64,000 nt of DNA. Origin: the human T2T-CHM13v2.0 reference genome, Homo sapiens. Made by a program: the position numbers and the translations under genes. The stretch's first letter is position 1. Each line of letters begins with the position of its first letter. Where the stretch lies: NCBI RefSeq assembly GCF_009914755.1, contig NC_060932.1; one strand, 5' to 3'. This document shows, piece after piece, positions 15,320-29,941 of the stretch. The notes under the pieces were generated by a model. It was not told where the DNA came from. It made no database searches and was given only the letters and a program-made list of their open reading frames with translations.

Positions 15320-15409
15320 AAAAAGTAAAAATTATTCTTAGCTCATGAGTCATACCTAAACAGGTAGCTGGCTAGATTTGGCATGAGAGCCACAGTTTTC
15401 CCAGCTCTG
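15320..15409 (+). mobile_element. MER58B, right part
   Basis: aaattattcttagctc...gatttggc...cacagttttcccagctctg completes the element broken at 425; TSD ccctagcc 15410-15417. Confidence 0.85.
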
Positions 15410-15458
15410 CCCTAGCCACTCATTATAGACCCTAAGGAGGAACAACTTGTCAAAACTA

Positions 15459-15798
<340 letters not shown>

Positions 15799-15929
15799 CT
15801 ATAAGATTTGTTGACATCTCAAAGGAGACTCTGCAGGCTGAGAATCTGCTGTGATTTCAGGGGAAAAGTGCTCAATCAGATGTCTTTACATTTTAATGCT
15901 TTTATCTAAGTGGGCTATTTTTAAAAAGA

Positions 15930-16345
<416 letters not shown>

Positions 16346-16864
16346 TTAAGGAAGAAGAACTATTTTTGTTAACCAAAGTCTTCCTGAGACTGGTCACACC
16401 TCTGGATTGGTAGCAGTTCCACAGTAGTCAGAGTTTCTCTGGGAAAAACTGCTCTGCAGCCTGCCTCTCCATAAAGTTTGACTGCTCAGATACCACATTA
16501 TCGCCTTGTAAAACCAGAGCATCCCCTTCTATTATTATTCATTTCAGGCTTAACGTGTAACAGATTATAATAAAGACTCTCTTTATAAGATATGTTTAAA
16601 GATTATTTCCCAGTCCATTTGGTAGCACTTATGTTAATACCATCAAAGCAGGTCCCCAAAAGGTAGTAACAAAAAACTTCAATGGCACTTACAAGATTTC
16701 TTCAAAGGGAGGTTCTGGTGACAGCTTTTCATTTTGGAGGAACTGGTAAAAGTAGAAGTTCTAAGGTACTTATTTCTACTTTTACCTATTGGTTTCAATA
16801 TGTGAGGCTTTATCCATCACTGACATGCACCAATTCTCTTCTTCTTTTTTCTGTTTTCAATATT

Positions 16865-17175
16865 AGACTCGGGGGGACTTGATATTTGTCTCCAAATATT
16901 TGAAAGTCTGTCACATGGAAGAGGGATTAGAATTTTTCTGCCTGGTCCCAAGTGGTAGAACTAAGACCAATTCTGCAGAAACCACAGGGAAACATTTTTT
17001 TCCCCCTTATAGTGAACATATTTTTCACAGAACTGTCCAAAACTGGGATGACTCTCTTAGAATTTCAAGTCACTTAAGGTATTCAGGCAGAACCCAGATT
17101 ACAATTTGAAGGGAAATTTCCAAAGAGAATTCAAACATTCTACAATAGTTAAACTACCAGTTACAAGATTCTGTG
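16865..17175 (+). mobile_element. L3/CR1 LINE 3' fragment
   Basis: tctccaaatatttgaaagtctgtcacatggaagagggattaga...caagattctgtga. Confidence 0.65.
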
Positions 17176-17204
17176 AGTGTTGAATTGTTGGCCATTATAT
17201 AACA

Positions 17205-17458
17205 TCATAATGATAGCAGCTCCATTATTTGACTATTTACTATTTTCAAATACTGCACCAAAGTCTATATATTTAATTAATCCACACAACACCAATAAGG
17301 TCTACATAATTAGTACACAAATTTCATAAATAATGATATCAAGGGCTAAGAAATTAAGTAACTCGCCCTAAATTATGTAACTAGTAAATGAAAGATTCCA
17401 GGTTTGAATTCAGACCTACCTGACACCAGGGTCCAGACTCTTAAAACTATGCTGCTTC
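17205..17458 (-). mobile_element. MIR
   Basis: ttaagtaactcgccctaaattatgtaactagtaaatg...ggtttgaattcagac core, reverse orientation. Confidence 0.75.
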
Positions 17459-17559
17459 TTTGTAATGGTGATATGTAATGAGCTTTAAGGACCCCATTTG
17501 TGTTCCATGATAGCTTTTAATCTAAGATAGGCAAAAGTCAGAGACAAAGAATATATGCA

Positions 17560-18310
<751 letters not shown>

Positions 18311-18597
18311 TTAAGGCAGAAAATCTCATGTTGTTATGTGGCAGACTAAACATACATTAACCTGTATCTCTCCCATTGCCAATGTCAACAAAAATGACAG
18401 AAAAAAATAAACAGTCCATGAACCACATACATATCCAGAACAGGAAAGGATCCAAGTGTAGTGAAGAGAAACTGATCTGAGTAGAGGAGCAGCAGCTGAA
18501 GTAGCATACCTGAGAACGCTGAACACCAGACCTACAGGGCAGGGGTCTGCAAGGGAATTAAAAATGCTCAGCCATCAAAGGCCAAAGTTATGAAGTC

Positions 18598-18690
18598 ATG
18601 TATTCATTAGTTCAACAAATATTTATTGAGCACCTAATAGGTGCTAAGCACTGTTCTAAAAGTGGGACTATTCAGTGAACACACAGTGAA
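18598..18690 (-). mobile_element. L2 3' end
   Basis: ttcattagttcaacaaatatttattgagcacc. Confidence 0.75.
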
Positions 18691-19689
18691 AGTGGGGAGC
18701 AGAGTCAGTCGGTGAGCTCCTAGGACTGGCTGAAAGGCTTTAAGATTTGCAGGGAGACTCCCAGGCACGTTCTGCATCACACTGGGTGGCTGCTTTATGT
18801 CCTCCACACCGAGGTTACTTGCTTAAATTGTCTGCTTCCTTTTGGTTTCATTGCCCGATTAACTAATAATTTAAAAAAGAAAAACCCTGTGGTGATTTTA
18901 ATACAGAGAGAAATAGACCCACAGCATTGTTTCCAAACCGTGTCTCCTTTCCATGATAGCAGCAGAACTAGAGAAAGAATAGAGATACAGTTACAGAAGA
19001 GTGTGTCCCATACTTAGAGCAGGGAGAGTGATGGTGAATATACTGAATAGTGAGACTGCTGTACAACCCCTCCACCCCCACTCCAGGCTTATCTCCGGCA
19101 GTGCTACCTGTCAGGTTTCTATCCCCCTCCCAGAAAATTGCTACATTCTTATGTGAGGAAATGGACAAGCCCCAGAGAAAACAAGTTTGGATATTGACAT
19201 TTGGAGATCCTTAAACCAGACAGGCAGAGTCAACCTTATTACCCAACCGTGAAGCTCACCAGTTGACAAGCCCCAACCATTCAGAGAGTTTTTCTATTTT
19301 CTTTTTTGATAGATAAAAACCGTGTTTTTTTTTCCCTAAACCTAGTTATTTGAATACCCAGGTATTAGGAGAAGAGCCCCAAAAGACAGGCTGTCTATAT
19401 TTTAGAATATATTTGTAGCTGAAATCTTTTTTGAAACAAATACTGGTAATTCATCTGTTTGATGAAATTCCTTGCATATTTTAATGGCCAACGTGTAAAG
19501 TTTATTGTTATAAGACTTTTATAGGTCCTTTTTACAAAGCTGCAATCACACTTGGTTAACAACAATTTCTTCAGTTTCAATTAAAAAAATCATTATGGGC
19601 TTATTACAAAAGAAGGACAATGTTTCTTGCTAGAATAAATTAATGAAATTATCAACATGATTATGCTTTTACATTAAATTTTTTTTTTG

Positions 19690-19825
19690 CCTTCATCCCC
19701 CCCCGCCGCCCCCCATCCCCGACTCTCTGCTGCCCCTTCCTGGCCTCTGGTAACCACAATTCTTCTACATCATGAGACGCACTTTTGCAGCTCCTACATA
19801 TGAATGAGAGCAGGCACTACTTGTC
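19690..19825 (-). mobile_element. L1MA/MB 3'UTR fragment inside a TSD-flanked insert
   Basis: cttcctggcctctggtaaccac...agctcctacatatgaatgag. Confidence 0.7.
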
Positions 19826-21110
19826 TTCAGAGAGCATTTGAATAGGGCTTTTTGTTTGTTTGTTGTTTTCTTGGTGCCTCATTTTTAAGTATGAAAGGAA
19901 AGTCAATGGTGACCAGACATTTGATAAAAGCTTCTAGTGTAAAAGGAGGATACCAAAATTAAAAAAGAGAATACAAAAAAACTGAGGAAAAAGATACAAG
20001 AGGATGAACAAAGTTGAGACTAAAATTAAAATGCAAAAACAAGAAAATAAAAGCATCTATAATTAATATACTTAGAAAGATACTGTAAGAAATACACCCC
20101 TAAAACAAGAAAAGGATTCCATATAAAAGTGTCAGAGAACAAAAAAGTGCTCTAAGAAACTAAAAATATTACACAAAAATTTAAGGTAATTCCACAGATA
20201 TATTTATACAACCAACTTAATGGTTGATAAAAACTCCCAAAAAGTAGAACAAAAGATACAAAAATTGGTGAGGAAATATAAGAAAATTAAGGAATCAAGC
20301 TTGGAAATGCATATTCCCAGATAGAACAGATAAAGTGAAGGGTGTGAGGGGTAGAAGAAATTGCCAAAAAAATTGTTTTTAATCTACAATGTCAGGGATG
20401 ACATAAACTAAAGATATCACTTCTGAAATCCTGAATAAAAAATATTAAAGGTCTGCAATTAAAGCTATACTTTGAAATTTCAGAATTTCAAACTCCTAAA
20501 ATGGAAGTTACTATATGTTTTCAGAGAAAGGACATCACTGAAGTTCTCTATTCCAAGGAAAATAATTTAGAACCTGGAATTCTATACCTCGCCAAGCTAT
20601 CACTAAGTTGGGAGGATAGAATAAAAACATTTTCAGACAGGAAATGTCTCAAAATTTTCTTTTCCTAGGAAACTCCTGGAAGATATGCTTATGAAAACGA
20701 AAGAGAAAACCAGAAATGGAAAAACGGAATACTAAAAATAAGGATCCAAAACAAATGAGAAGCAAAAGGGATTTCCAGGATTTTAGAGAAAGATAGTTTC
20801 AGGATGTTTGGTACACTTCAAACTTAGAAAGCAATGAATCAGAATTGAAGCCAGAAGCCTCTGAGTTCCAGAAACTGTACTTCTGCCAAGAAAATAAAAC
20901 AGATATAATATCCAACATATTTGAATATATTCAGGGGGTATCATCAAAACTATTAGTGAATCTGGAGACATATTTGTGATTAATATAGAGATAACTAAGC
21001 CAAATTAAAATGAGGTAATAAGGGACCTCAGGACTTACTACTGTACTGGAAATAAGATGTGATTGTGTTATACATGGCTCAGCTGTGAATGATTGTTTCA
21101 AAATCCTAGT

Positions 21111-21485
21111 TGTCACACACATCTGTGTGAAGACCCCACCAAACAGGCTTTGTGTGAGTAATAAAGCTTTTTAATCACCTAGGTGCAGGCGGGCTGAGTC
21201 AGAAAAAGGAGTCAGCAAAGGGAGTTAGGGGTGGGGCAGTTTTATAGGATTTGGGTAGGTAGTGGAAAATTTCAGTTAAAGGGAGTTGTTCTCTTGCGGG
21301 CAGGGACAGGGGTCACAAGGTGCTCGGTGGGGAGCTCTGGATACTTATTGTCCAGGAGAAGGAATGTCACAAGGTAATGTCATCAGTTAAGGCAGGAACC
21401 GGCCATTTTCACTTCTTTTGTGGTTCTTCAGTTGCCTCAGGCCATCTGGATGTATATGTGCAGGCTTGGACTCAGAGGCCTGACA
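21111..21485 (-). mobile_element. Solo HERV-H LTR (LTR7 family)
   Basis: Reverse complement starts tgtcaggcctctgagtccaagcc...ccagatggcctgaggcaactgaagaaccacaaaagaagtg; perfect 5-bp TSD ctagt (21106-21110 / 21486-21490). Confidence 0.95.
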
Positions 21486-22619
21486 CTAGTAATATAAACA
21501 CATAATATTGATCTAACAAAAAATGTGATATAACTATATTGAAAGAAAAGAATAACTATATTGAAAAAATAGTGTATTATGAGTGAATGAGGTTGTGTTA
21601 TGCATGCATGCATTTGTTTATGTGTGGGTGGTTGGGTGGGTGTATTGTTAAGTATTCAAAAGAATTGAAGTCTTATCCTGTCTAGTAGGCATTCAATGGA
21701 AAATATGTAAAGCTAAAAATTTTCAAGGAAAAGTATAACAACAGTATCTACAAATACAGAAGTAAAAATAAAAGAATAGCTAAAAAAGTTGAAAGGCGTT
21801 TCCTCAGGGGAAGAAGAATTGGGAGTGAATAGGATGGAGAAGAAAATTGCTATTTTTCAGTATAAGTTTGGAAGTACCATTTAACTTTTTAAAATTTATA
21901 TTTGTACTTTACTGCAATAAAGAAAGGAAGAAAAAAAGAAAAGGAGTGAATCTACAAGTAGATAATGAGACATATTCATAAAAAGAAAAGGATTTATCTG
22001 GCAAGGGCAATTCATAGCACAGGAAAGAATAAGTGCCTAATTGAAGTGGAATGCCCCCACCACCTATTTGTTCACTTAAACTGGAGAATGGAAAAAAGAA
22101 ACTTCACCAATCATAAATGTTAATACATTTAACAATTCCAACTGAGTGAAGCAAAAACCAGCATGAGGCCAAAGGTTAAGTGCATGATTATCTTTGCTTT
22201 GAGTTTTTACATGGTACTCCCACCAAGTTCAATGCCGAGTATGCTGTTACAGATGCAATTAAAATTATAATTCTCCTTAACCTACCTGGTGGGCTTAGGG
22301 ATTGTTAGATGTATTAAGCCTGATTGAAAAAAACTGTGAGTAGATGCCTTTTTCTGACACATGGAAGATACAATCCAAGTCAGATCAATGATGTGACATT
22401 CAGGCTATGGAAGCCGAGACAGGTCAGAGCTGGAATAGCAGTAAGAAAGATAAATTGCCCCAAATCACAAGAAGCTGTAAAGCAGAAACACAAACAACCA
22501 AGCCTCTCATCATATATCAAACATTTCTCTGTTCTGAATCTTTAAAAAATGTGTTTCAAATGCCAGAAGGTGAATGTTCAGGACAGCCTGATTAAGAGAC
22601 AGAAGCTATGCAAAGAATT

Positions 22620-22750
22620 AGATAATTCAACAAAATCACCTATGTTCTTTGCACTGTGCTAGGTTCTGTATGAAACACAGAGAGAATATAAGATATGGTT
22701 TCTGATTTCAAGGAGCATGCAATCTAGTTTTAGAGACACAATTAGCATAG
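22620..22750 (-). mobile_element. L2 fragment
   Basis: gcactgtgctaggttctg...aagatatggtttctgatttcaaggagc. Confidence 0.55.
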
Positions 22751-22816
22751 AGGAAACTTAATGGATTTGGACACTCTTATAATGAATAATGGATAACCAA
22801 AATTAAAGGAAAACTT

Positions 22817-23062
22817 GAGGCAGTAGGTTCATCTGAGACCAGGAGGGTTTGAGAGCACCTTGGGCAACATAGCAAGATCCTATGTCTCTAAAAATAAAAA
22901 AAAAATTAGAGAGACATGGTGGCATATGCCTGAAGTCCCAGTGACTTGGCAGGCTGAGGTGGGAAGATCACTTATGCCCAGGTGTTTGAGGTTTCAGTGA
23001 GCCATGATCATGCCACTGCACTCCAGCCTGGGCAACAGAGCAAGTCCCCATCTTTAAAAACA
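22817..23062 (+). mobile_element. AluJ, 5'-truncated
   Basis: gggcaacatagcaagatcc, gtgagccatgatcatgcc; flanks share aaacttg. Confidence 0.9.
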
Positions 23063-24803
23063 GAAAGCGCAAACTTGTAAGACACCAAGCTCAGAGCAAA
23101 GGAATTAGGAATACAAGGATTTATTCAGAAAGTGGCCTTTAGTGAGGCCCTGAGGAATGGTAGGAATTTGGGCAGGTTACTGGAAGAGCTGTGAACAATT
23201 TGACTTTAGACTCTTGAGTTGAAAGCAATCACATTGTATTTGGGCTAGGAGGTGGGAAAGTCAAGGAAGTGGGCAGAATTGAGTATGTCATATTTCTTAT
23301 CGATTTACTATAGATTCTGGGTGTATTTCCTTTCTTTGAGTTTTTTTTTTTTTATGGGAGGCAGTGTCCATATTAATTACCTAATACCCACCAGCTGTCA
23401 CATAGTAAAAACTCTGTCAATATTTTCTTACTTGTACATTTATTTTATTGTAAAAGCGAGTTTAAAAAAAAAATCAAAGTCATCTGCCCAGCACAATTAT
23501 TGCTCTTTGTAAATACACTCTTGAATACACTGTTGAATGGCTCATCTAGTAAAAAGTTGAGGGTCCAAAAAAGAGGAACACATTTGAAAGTGATTGATCA
23601 TTACTTTTAAACAAAATGGGGGGAAACCAGCCATAAGCTGGGAATTTCTATTCTTCAAGGCCTAGGTATTTTCATTAGCCTGCACTGCCACTTCCTCTAT
23701 GGCCTTTTGGAAACTATTCTTTAGAAGCTAGATCTTCAAGACAGCGGTAGGTGCCAAAGGGCATTATGGAATTCCCCAAATTCCTACTGCTTACCTTTGG
23801 GGATAGCTGGAAGAAATCATGGATATCCACAGAAGTAAATCATGGGTAGTTTTTACCTCAAGTTAATCAAAGAACGTGAATAAACAAAGAAGGATTCATC
23901 CTTCCCTTAGCCCATTTCAGTCCACATGTTCTTTGATCTATATGCTGCTGTTTAAACCATCTATCTTAGTTAAAAACAGGTTCCCACTAAAAAAAGACAT
24001 TAATTTCCACTAATCTGATGCTAATCTATAATGTGGACTCACATTTCTGCCCACTGTCATGCCCACTTTTATAAGATATTTGCAAAGATTAGTCAAGTGA
24101 CAAACAGAATGGATTCATATAGCTCTCCTATTGGCTAGAAAGAATTAGCACTGAAGAGAGGTATCCACATTCTCTCTTCCTTAATCAACTGGATAAACAT
24201 ATCTTGGATATATGGAGCACTTGCCTAGAATTTGTTGTTGTTCTTTTATTTTGACCTCCTCAAACTGTCTTTCGGGGGTGGACTTTTTCCTGTATCCTTG
24301 CCCAGGCAATGTTAGTAATCTAGTCTACACATAACCCTTCAAGGACTATTTAGGTTTACTGACCAGTTTAAGGTATATCCAGGGATATTAAATATTAGTA
24401 AGATTCAGGTTAGAACTCCTACTACAAAGGGGAGATTGCAGACAAGCAGTTTCTTTAAATGTGAACCTCCTATTCCTGGAATTCTTATGATTAGATGATT
24501 ATTGTTTTAATTATTAAATTTTGAGGTACCAAGAAGATGATGAGACAGCATGGAAACAAGGTGTTTCTATAGATGCTAGCAGTGTCTGATCCATAGTAGG
24601 CAAAATTCAGCAATACAAACTATCTGAGCAAGATGACCATCAGAGGAAAGTAGCATTAAGCCAAGGAAGATAATTTACTGACAGAATTCCCAAACAGGAA
24701 GGATAAAGTAAACAGATCCCCATTTCTACCTTAGTGAAAGCTTAACAGGACTAGACCAGAGCAGGGTAAAGTCAATGTAAATGAAGAAGTATTAGAACTA
24801 ATA

Positions 24804-27376
24804 CAGACCTACCTCATTTTACTGCACTTCACTTTATTGAATGTCACAGATAATTTTTTTTTTTTTTTTTTTTTTACAAATTGAAGGTTTGTGGCAACCC
24901 TGTGTTGAGCAAGTCTATTGATGCCATTTTTTCCAACAGCATGTGCTCACTTCATAACTCTGTGTCCCATTTTGGTAATTTTCACAATATTTCAAATCTT
25001 TTCATTATTGTTGTGTCTGTTACAGTGATCTGTGATCTTTGATTTTACTATTATTATTTGGGGCATCATGAACCATGCTAACATAAGATGGTGAGCTTAT
25101 TTGATAAAGGTGTGTGTTCTGAATTTTCCACTAATCAGTCATTTCCTCACCTCTGTCCCTCTCCTTGGGACTCCGTATTCCTTGAAATACAACAATATTG
25201 AAATCAGGCCAATTAATAACCATACAGTGGCGTCTAAGTTTCAAGTGGCAGGAAGAGTTGCACATCTCTCACTTTAAATCAAAAGCTGGAAAAGATTAAG
25301 CTCACTGAGGAAGCCATGTTGAAAGCCGAGAGAGAACTCTTTTGCCAGACAGTTAGCCAAGTTGTGAATGCAAAAGAAAACCTCTTAAAGGAGATTAAAA
25401 GTACTACTCCAGTCAACCCACAAAAGATAAGAAAGCAAAAGTCTTTATTGCTGATATGGAGAAAGTCTTAGTGATCTGCACAGGAGATAAAACTAGCCAT
25501 AGCATTCCCTTGAGCCAAAGCCCAACCTGAAAGCAAAGCCCTAACTCTCCTAATTCTGTGAAGGCTGAGAGGTGAGCAAGCACAGAATAAAAGTTTAAAG
25601 CTAGAAGAGGTTGATTCAGGAGGTTTAAGAAGAGAAGCCATCTTCATAACATAAAAAAATGCAAGGTGAAGCAGCAAGTGCTGATGTAGAAGCTGCAGCA
25701 AGTTATCCAGAAGATTAGCAAAGATCATTAATGGAAGGGGCTACCCTAACAACAGATTTTCAATGCAGATCAAAAAGCCCTCTGTTGGAAGAAGATGTCA
25801 TCTATAACTTTCAAACTAGAGAGAAGTCAATGTCTGGTTTCAAAGTTTCATAGGACAGGCTGACACACTTGTTTGTACCTTATAAATGGAACAACAATGC
25901 CTCAATGACAGCACGTCTGTTTATAGCATAGTTAACTGAATATTTAAAGCCCACTGTTGAGAACTACTGGTCAGAAAAAATAGATTCCTTTCAAAATATT
26001 ACTACTCATTGACAATGCATCTAGTCACCCAAGAGCTCTGATAGTTTTTATGCCAGCTAACAAAACATCCATTCTGCAGCCCATGGATCAAGGAGTAATT
26101 TTGACTTTCAAGTCCTCTTATTTAAAAAATATTTTTTTTTTTGTAGTGCTATAGCTGCCAGATAGTGATTCCTCTGGTGGATCTGGCCAAAGTAAATTGA
26201 AGACATCTGGAAAGGATTCACCATTCTAGATGCCATAAAGAACATTTGTGATTCTTGGGAGGAGCTCAAAATATCAAGCGTAACAGGGGTTTGGAAGAAA
26301 TTGATTCTAATCCTGGTGGTGACTCAGAGGGCTTCAAGACTTCAGTGGAAGAAGTAGCTGCAGATGTGGTAGAAATAGCAAAGGAACTAGAACTACAAGT
26401 GAAGCCTGAAGATGTGACTGAATCACTGCAATCTCATGATAAAATTTGAATGGCTGAAGAGATGCTTTTTATGGATGAGCAAAGACAGTGGTTTCTTAAG
26501 CTGGAATCTATTCCTGTGAACATTGTTAAAAAGACAACAAATGATTTAGAATATTGCATAAACTTATTTGATAAAGTGGCTGCAGAGCTTTAAAGGACTG
26601 ACTCCAATTTTTAATGAAGTTCTACTCTGGGTAAAATGCTATCAAATAGCTTCATATGCTACAAAGATATCTTTCATGAAAAGACAACTCAATCAATGTG
26701 GCAAACTTCACTGTTATCTTATTTTAAGAAATTTCCACCCGAGTGTGGTAGCTTATGCCTGTAATCCCAGCACTTTGGGAGGTTGAGGCGGGTGGATCAT
26801 GAGGTCAGGTGTTCGAGACCAGCCTGGACAATATGGTGAAACCCCGTCTCTACTAAAGATACAAAAATTAGCTGAGCATGGTGGCGCTCGCCTGTAATCC
26901 CAGCTACACGGGAGGCTGAGACAGGAGAATCACTTGAACCCAGGAGGTGGAGGTTTCAGTGACCCAAGGTCATACCATTGCACTCCAGCCTGGGCAACAA
27001 AGCGAGATTCCGTCTGGAAAAAAAAAAAAAAAGAAAGAAAAGAAATTTCCACAGCCAACACAACCTTCAATGACCACCAATCTGCTCAGCCAGCAGCCAT
27101 TAACACTGTGGCAAGACCCTCCACCAGCAAAAAGATTGTGACTCACTGAAGGACCAGATAATCATTAACATTTTTAAAAAATGTATTTTTAAATTATGAT
27201 ATATGTGGCTTTTAAAAACAGAATGCTATTGCTCACTGAATAGACTACTGTATAGTATAAACATAATTTTTCTATGTATCAGGAAACAAAAACATTTGTG
27301 TGACTCGCTTTATTGTGTTATTTGTTTTTTAGTGGTGCTTTGGAGCCAAATCTGAAATATCTCCAAGGTATACCTG
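24804..27376 (+). mobile_element. Tigger1 DNA transposon, near full length, dead transposase
   Basis: TIRs cagacctacctc.../...aggtatacctg after TA; transposase remnants (attctgcagcccatggatcaagga); internal deletions near 25875 and 26042; Alu insertion. Confidence 0.95.
26738..27040 (+). mobile_element. Alu, AluS (Sg-like), in Tigger1
   Basis: TSD aagaaatttcca. Confidence 0.95.
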
Positions 27377-27547
27377 AAAATGAATTCAGCAAAGTTGCAG
27401 GATTAGAGCTAATAAATGCATTCGGTAAAATTGCAGGATACAAAACCAACATACAAAACCCAGGAGCATTTCTATACTCTAACAATTAACTCTCTGAAAT
27501 AGAAATTTTTAAAAAATCTCATTTACCCTAGCTATAGAAAAAAATAG

Positions 27548-27812
27548 GCATACAAAAAATAGAATGAATAAGACCTACTATTTGATAGCCCAACAGGATA
27601 ACTACAGTTGATAATAACTTAATTGTACATTTTAAAATAACTAAAAGAGTATAATTGGATTATTTGTAACACAAAGGATAAATGCCTGAGAGGATGGATA
27701 GCTCATTTTCCATGTGATTATTACTCATTGCATGCCTGTATCAAAACATTTCATTTACCTATAAATATGTTCACCTACTACCCATAAAAACAAAAAATTA
27801 AAAACAAAGTTT
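27548..27812 (+). mobile_element. L1MA1-3 3'-end fragment nested in L1MA
   Basis: aataagacctactatttgatagc...taactaaaagagtataattggat...cctgtatcaaaaca; A-rich tail. Confidence 0.8.
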
Positions 27813-29638
27813 CAAAAGAAGTAGGAATAAATTTAATCAAGGAGGTGAAAGTTCTGTACACTGAAAACTATAAAACATTGATAAAGGAAATTGAAGAAAA
27901 TATAAATACATGGAAAGATATTCTGCATTCATTGATTGGAAAAATATTATTACATGTCTGTACTATAGTATAAGATTCTGTACTATACCATACTCAAAAG
28001 AACTACAGATTCAATGTAAATTCCAATCAAAATTCCAATTGTATTTTCACGGAAATAGAAAAAAATCCTAAAATTTTTTTGGAAATACAAAGGCTCCAAA
28101 TAGCCAAATCAATCTTGAGCAAAAGGAACAAAAGTAGAGGCATCACATTACCTGATTTCAGAATATACTACAAAGCTATAGTAATCAAAACAAATGGGTA
28201 CTGGCATAAGACAGACACATAGATCAATGAGCAGAATAAATATCCCAGAAATAAATCCACACTGTAGTTAACTCATTTGGACAAAGATGCCAAAAATACA
28301 AAATGGGCAAAGGACAGTCTCTTCAATAAATTGTTAGCACAACTGGATATCCTCCTGCAGAAAAATGAAATTGGTCCCTTATTTTACCCTATATACAAAA
28401 ATCAAGTCAATATAAATTAAAGACATATGTTAAAAACTGATACTGTAACACCACTAGAAGAAAACATACAGAAAGAGCCTCATAATATTGGTCTGGGCAA
28501 TGATATTTTTATATGACCCCAAAACCAAGGGCAAAAAAAAATGAAAACAAATGGGATCATATGAAACTAAAAAGCTTCTGAACAACAATAAAAATAATCA
28601 GAGTTAAGACAGAAACCATGGATTGGGAGAAAATATTTGCAAACCACATATCTGACAAAAGACTAATATGCAGACTATATAAGAATCTCAAACAACTCAA
28701 GAGCAAGAAAACAACCTGATTAAAAAGTGGGCAAATAACATGAACAGACATTTCTATGAATGGCCAATAAGTATTTAAAAAACATGCTCAACATCACTAA
28801 TCACGAGAGAAATGCAAATTAAAACCAGAATGAGATATCATTTTATGTCTATTAGGATGGCTATTATGAAAGAAAAAAAAAACAAGAGATAAAAACTGTT
28901 GGTGCAAGTGTGGAAAGAAGATAACACTGGTATACTGTTGGTGGGAATGTAAATTAGTACAACAATTATGGAAAACAGTATGGAGGTTTTTCAAAAAGTT
29001 ACCATATGATCATAATTTACCATATGATCCAGCAACACTATTACTGGGTATACATCCAAATGAAATGAAAGCACTGTGTGGAAGTCCTAAGTGTACTTCT
29101 ACATTCATTGCAGCATTATTCAGAATAACCAAGATAAACAATCAGCCTAAGTGTACATCAAATTGATGAATGGATAAATAAAATGTGGTATAAATACAAA
29201 ATAGCATACTCTTCAGCCTTAAAAAGAAGGAAATTCTTTTATTTGTGGCACTGATTAACATAGAGGACATTATGTTAAGTGAAATAAGCCAGGCACAAAA
29301 AGACAAATACTACATAATTTCACTTATATGTAGAATCTAAAAACGAGGAATTCATAGAAGCAGAGAGTAGAATGGTCGTTAATGGGGTCTAAGGAAAGGG
29401 AGAGATGGGGAGATATTAGTCAAAGGATACAAAATTTAATTTAGACAGGGGGAATAAGTTTGGGAGATTTATTGTATCCCATGGTGACTGTAATTAATAA
29501 CAATGCAATGTATTCTTGAAAATTGCTAAGAGTAGATTTTAAGAGTTTTCACCACAAAAACAAAAGGTTAGGTATGTGGGGCAGTGTGTATATTAATTAG
29601 CTTGACTTATCCATTCCACAAATATATATGAAAACATT

Positions 29639-29941
29639 GGCTGGATGCGGTGGCTCATGCCTGTAATCCCAGCACTTCAGGAGGCCGAGGTGGGTGGATC
29701 ACTTGACGTCAGGAGTTCAAGACCAGCCTGGCCAACATGGTGAAACCCCATCTCTATTAAAATAAAAAACCAAAATTAACTGGGCATGGTGGCACACACC
29801 TGTAATCCCAGGTACTCGGAAGGCTGAGGCAGGAGAATCACTTGAACACAGGAGGTGGAGGTTGCTGTGACCCGATTGTACCACTGCCCTCCAGCCTAGG
29901 CAACAGAGGGAGACTCCGTTTCAAAAAAAAAAAAAAAAAAA
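29639..29941 (+). mobile_element. Alu, AluS-type
   Basis: Dimeric Alu with A tail. Confidence 0.95.

Larger units (their letters stand above)
19050..21925 (+). mobile_element. HAL1 (half-L1) element, degenerate, with two insertions
   Basis: gacaagccccaacc..., gtgcctcatttttaagtatga, gaattctatacctcgccaagctatc...agaataaaaacattttcagaca; ORF1-like only; A-rich end ~21920. Confidence 0.7.

Noticed and set aside
25300-26600. Possible domesticated Tigger transposase
   Set aside because: Multiple stops, frameshifts and deletions; longest transposase-frame fragments are under 75 aa
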